From the NCBI GenBank assembly GCA_041640715.1, contig JBEPZU010000001.1, forward strand, positions 10,535 to 74,534: 64,000 bases of DNA, read 5' to 3'. Position 1 is the stretch's first letter. The number at the start of each line of letters is the position of its first letter. Below, piece by piece: positions 63,113 to 64,000 of the stretch. Position numbers and translations under genes: made by a program. The DNA is from Thermoproteota archaeon. Lineage in GTDB: Archaea > Thermoproteota > Thermoprotei > Gearchaeales > Gearchaeaceae. Below the pieces are notes generated by a model, which saw nothing but the letters and a program-made list of their open reading frames with translations, made no database searches and had not been told where the DNA came from.

Positions 63113-63830
63113 GATTAGAATAATAGAAAGCAGGAACAAAGATGTTGCGATGAATTTAGCTCTAGAAGAAGCTCTTCTTGAATTGGTAAACAAATGCATG
63201 TCTCCAAGTTCTTTTAGGATTTGGAGCACTAGGCCGTGTGCTATTATTTCTTTCAATCAAAGCATATTCGATTTAATAGATGTAAAATATTGCTTAGATT
63301 TTGGCATAGAATTAAACAGAAGGATAACAGGAGGAGGCGCTATTTATTCTGATGAAGGTAACTTGAATTGGAGTTTTTATCTTAAAAGAAAATCCTTCGA
63401 GAAGTTATCGATCGTGGAGCTTTATAGAACAATAGCCAATATAATAATAGAGGGTCTTTATAGAACAGCGGCGATAAAAGCTCAATTTCACGAACCCAAT
63501 TGGATAGGCATTAAAGGTAATAAAATTTCTGGGATGGCAGGATATATAAAAAAGAATGCAATACTGATCCATGGAACATTTCTAGTCTTCACCAATCAAG
63601 CTAGATTGGCTACTGTTTGTAAGCGACACCTTGAATATCCTCCGACCATGAATATAATAGAGCTAAGCCCCAATTTCACTATTGAAGATGCTCGAAATGC
63701 ATTAAAGGAAGGTGTAAGAAGGAAATTCAAGGAGTATTATGAAGATGAGTTAAACGAAGAAGAAAAGGAATTAGCTTCTAAGTTAGTTGAGGAGAAATAT
63801 ACCAATTTATCTTGGATATTCTTGAAATGA
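63096..63830 (+). CDS. lplA: lipoate-protein ligase A (catalytic domain)
   Basis: 244 aa; RRITGGGAIYSDEGNL and GIKGNKISG lipoyl/biotin ligase motifs. Confidence 0.8.
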   Translation: MEISDRIRIIESRNKDVAMNLALEEALLELVNKCMSPSSFRIWSTRPCAIISFNQSIFDLIDVKYCLDFGIELNRRITGGGAIYSDEGNLNWSFYLKRKSFEKLSIVELYRTIANIIIEGLYRTAAIKAQFHEPNWIGIKGNKISGMAGYIKKNAILIHGTFLVFTNQARLATVCKRHLEYPPTMNIIELSPNFTIEDARNALKEGVRRKFKEYYEDELNEEEKELASKLVEEKYTNLSWIFLK

Positions 63831-64000
63831 AAGCAGCTGTGCTATATGGGATTAGGGATTTAAGAATAGAAGACAGAGAAATCCCTAAGATTGGGGAAGG
63901 AGAGGTTTTAGTAAAAATCAAATATGCCCTAACTTGTGGCACAGATTTAAAGGCATACGAAAGAGGGCATCCTTACATAAAATATCCTATAATACTAGGT
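63827..64000 (+). CDS. zinc-dependent alcohol/threonine dehydrogenase family (MDR), N-terminal fragment running off the window
   Basis: MKAAVLYGIRDLRIEDREIPKIGEGEVLVKIKYALTCGTDLKAYERGHPY, typical MDR N-terminus (CGTD). Confidence 0.6.
   Translation, partial: MKAAVLYGIRDLRIEDREIPKIGEGEVLVKIKYALTCGTDLKAYERGHPYIKYPIILG

Overview
This 64 kb window is a densely packed, mostly + strand information-processing region of an AT-rich archaeon. Gene content and order look crenarchaeal (TACK-type). In order it holds the rpoB 3' end, rpoA1-rpoA2-L30e-NusA-S12-S7-EF1alpha-S10, an intron-containing tRNA-Ser, and speH. Next comes the large ribosomal-protein cluster (L3 through L15-SecY) with an unlisted S14 gene, then a DUF106 Oxa1-like gene, L34e, cmk, L14e and cbf5. 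cbf5 is interrupted by a 14-nt hairpin-flanked element that looks like an archaeal mRNA intron. S13-S4-S11 is followed not by rpoD but by PPAT, pheS, pheT, a GC-rich hairpin, dnaG, pelota, an S2P protease and ttuA. A minus-strand SRP (7S) RNA follows, along with five more tRNAs (Ser GGA, Ser GCU, Val UAC, Arg GCG, Arg CCU). Further genes are TFE, MBF1, NAC, Cgi121, ABCE1, FBP aldolase/phosphatase, TIM, Csl4-RpoL, TFS, a PCNA-PriL-PriS-GINS-L44e-S27e-aIF2alpha cluster with a convergent Nop10, AglB, GcvH, CarS, deoxyhypusine synthase, a phosphohexomutase, an E2 acyltransferase and LplA. I found no CRISPR array, no IS element and no integrase. Beyond the cbf5 and tRNA-Ser(UGA) introns, the main unexplained signals are a ~95-nt GC-rich hairpin between pheT and dnaG, a 9-bp tandem repeat array encoding a possible EEF-repeat micro-ORF, and a markedly AT-richer block around tRNA-Arg(CCU). 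That block carries a small P-loop ATPase and two genes with a shared 'RAIS' pilin-like N-terminus flanking dys. All calls rest on reading the translations and DNA by eye; no database searches were run.
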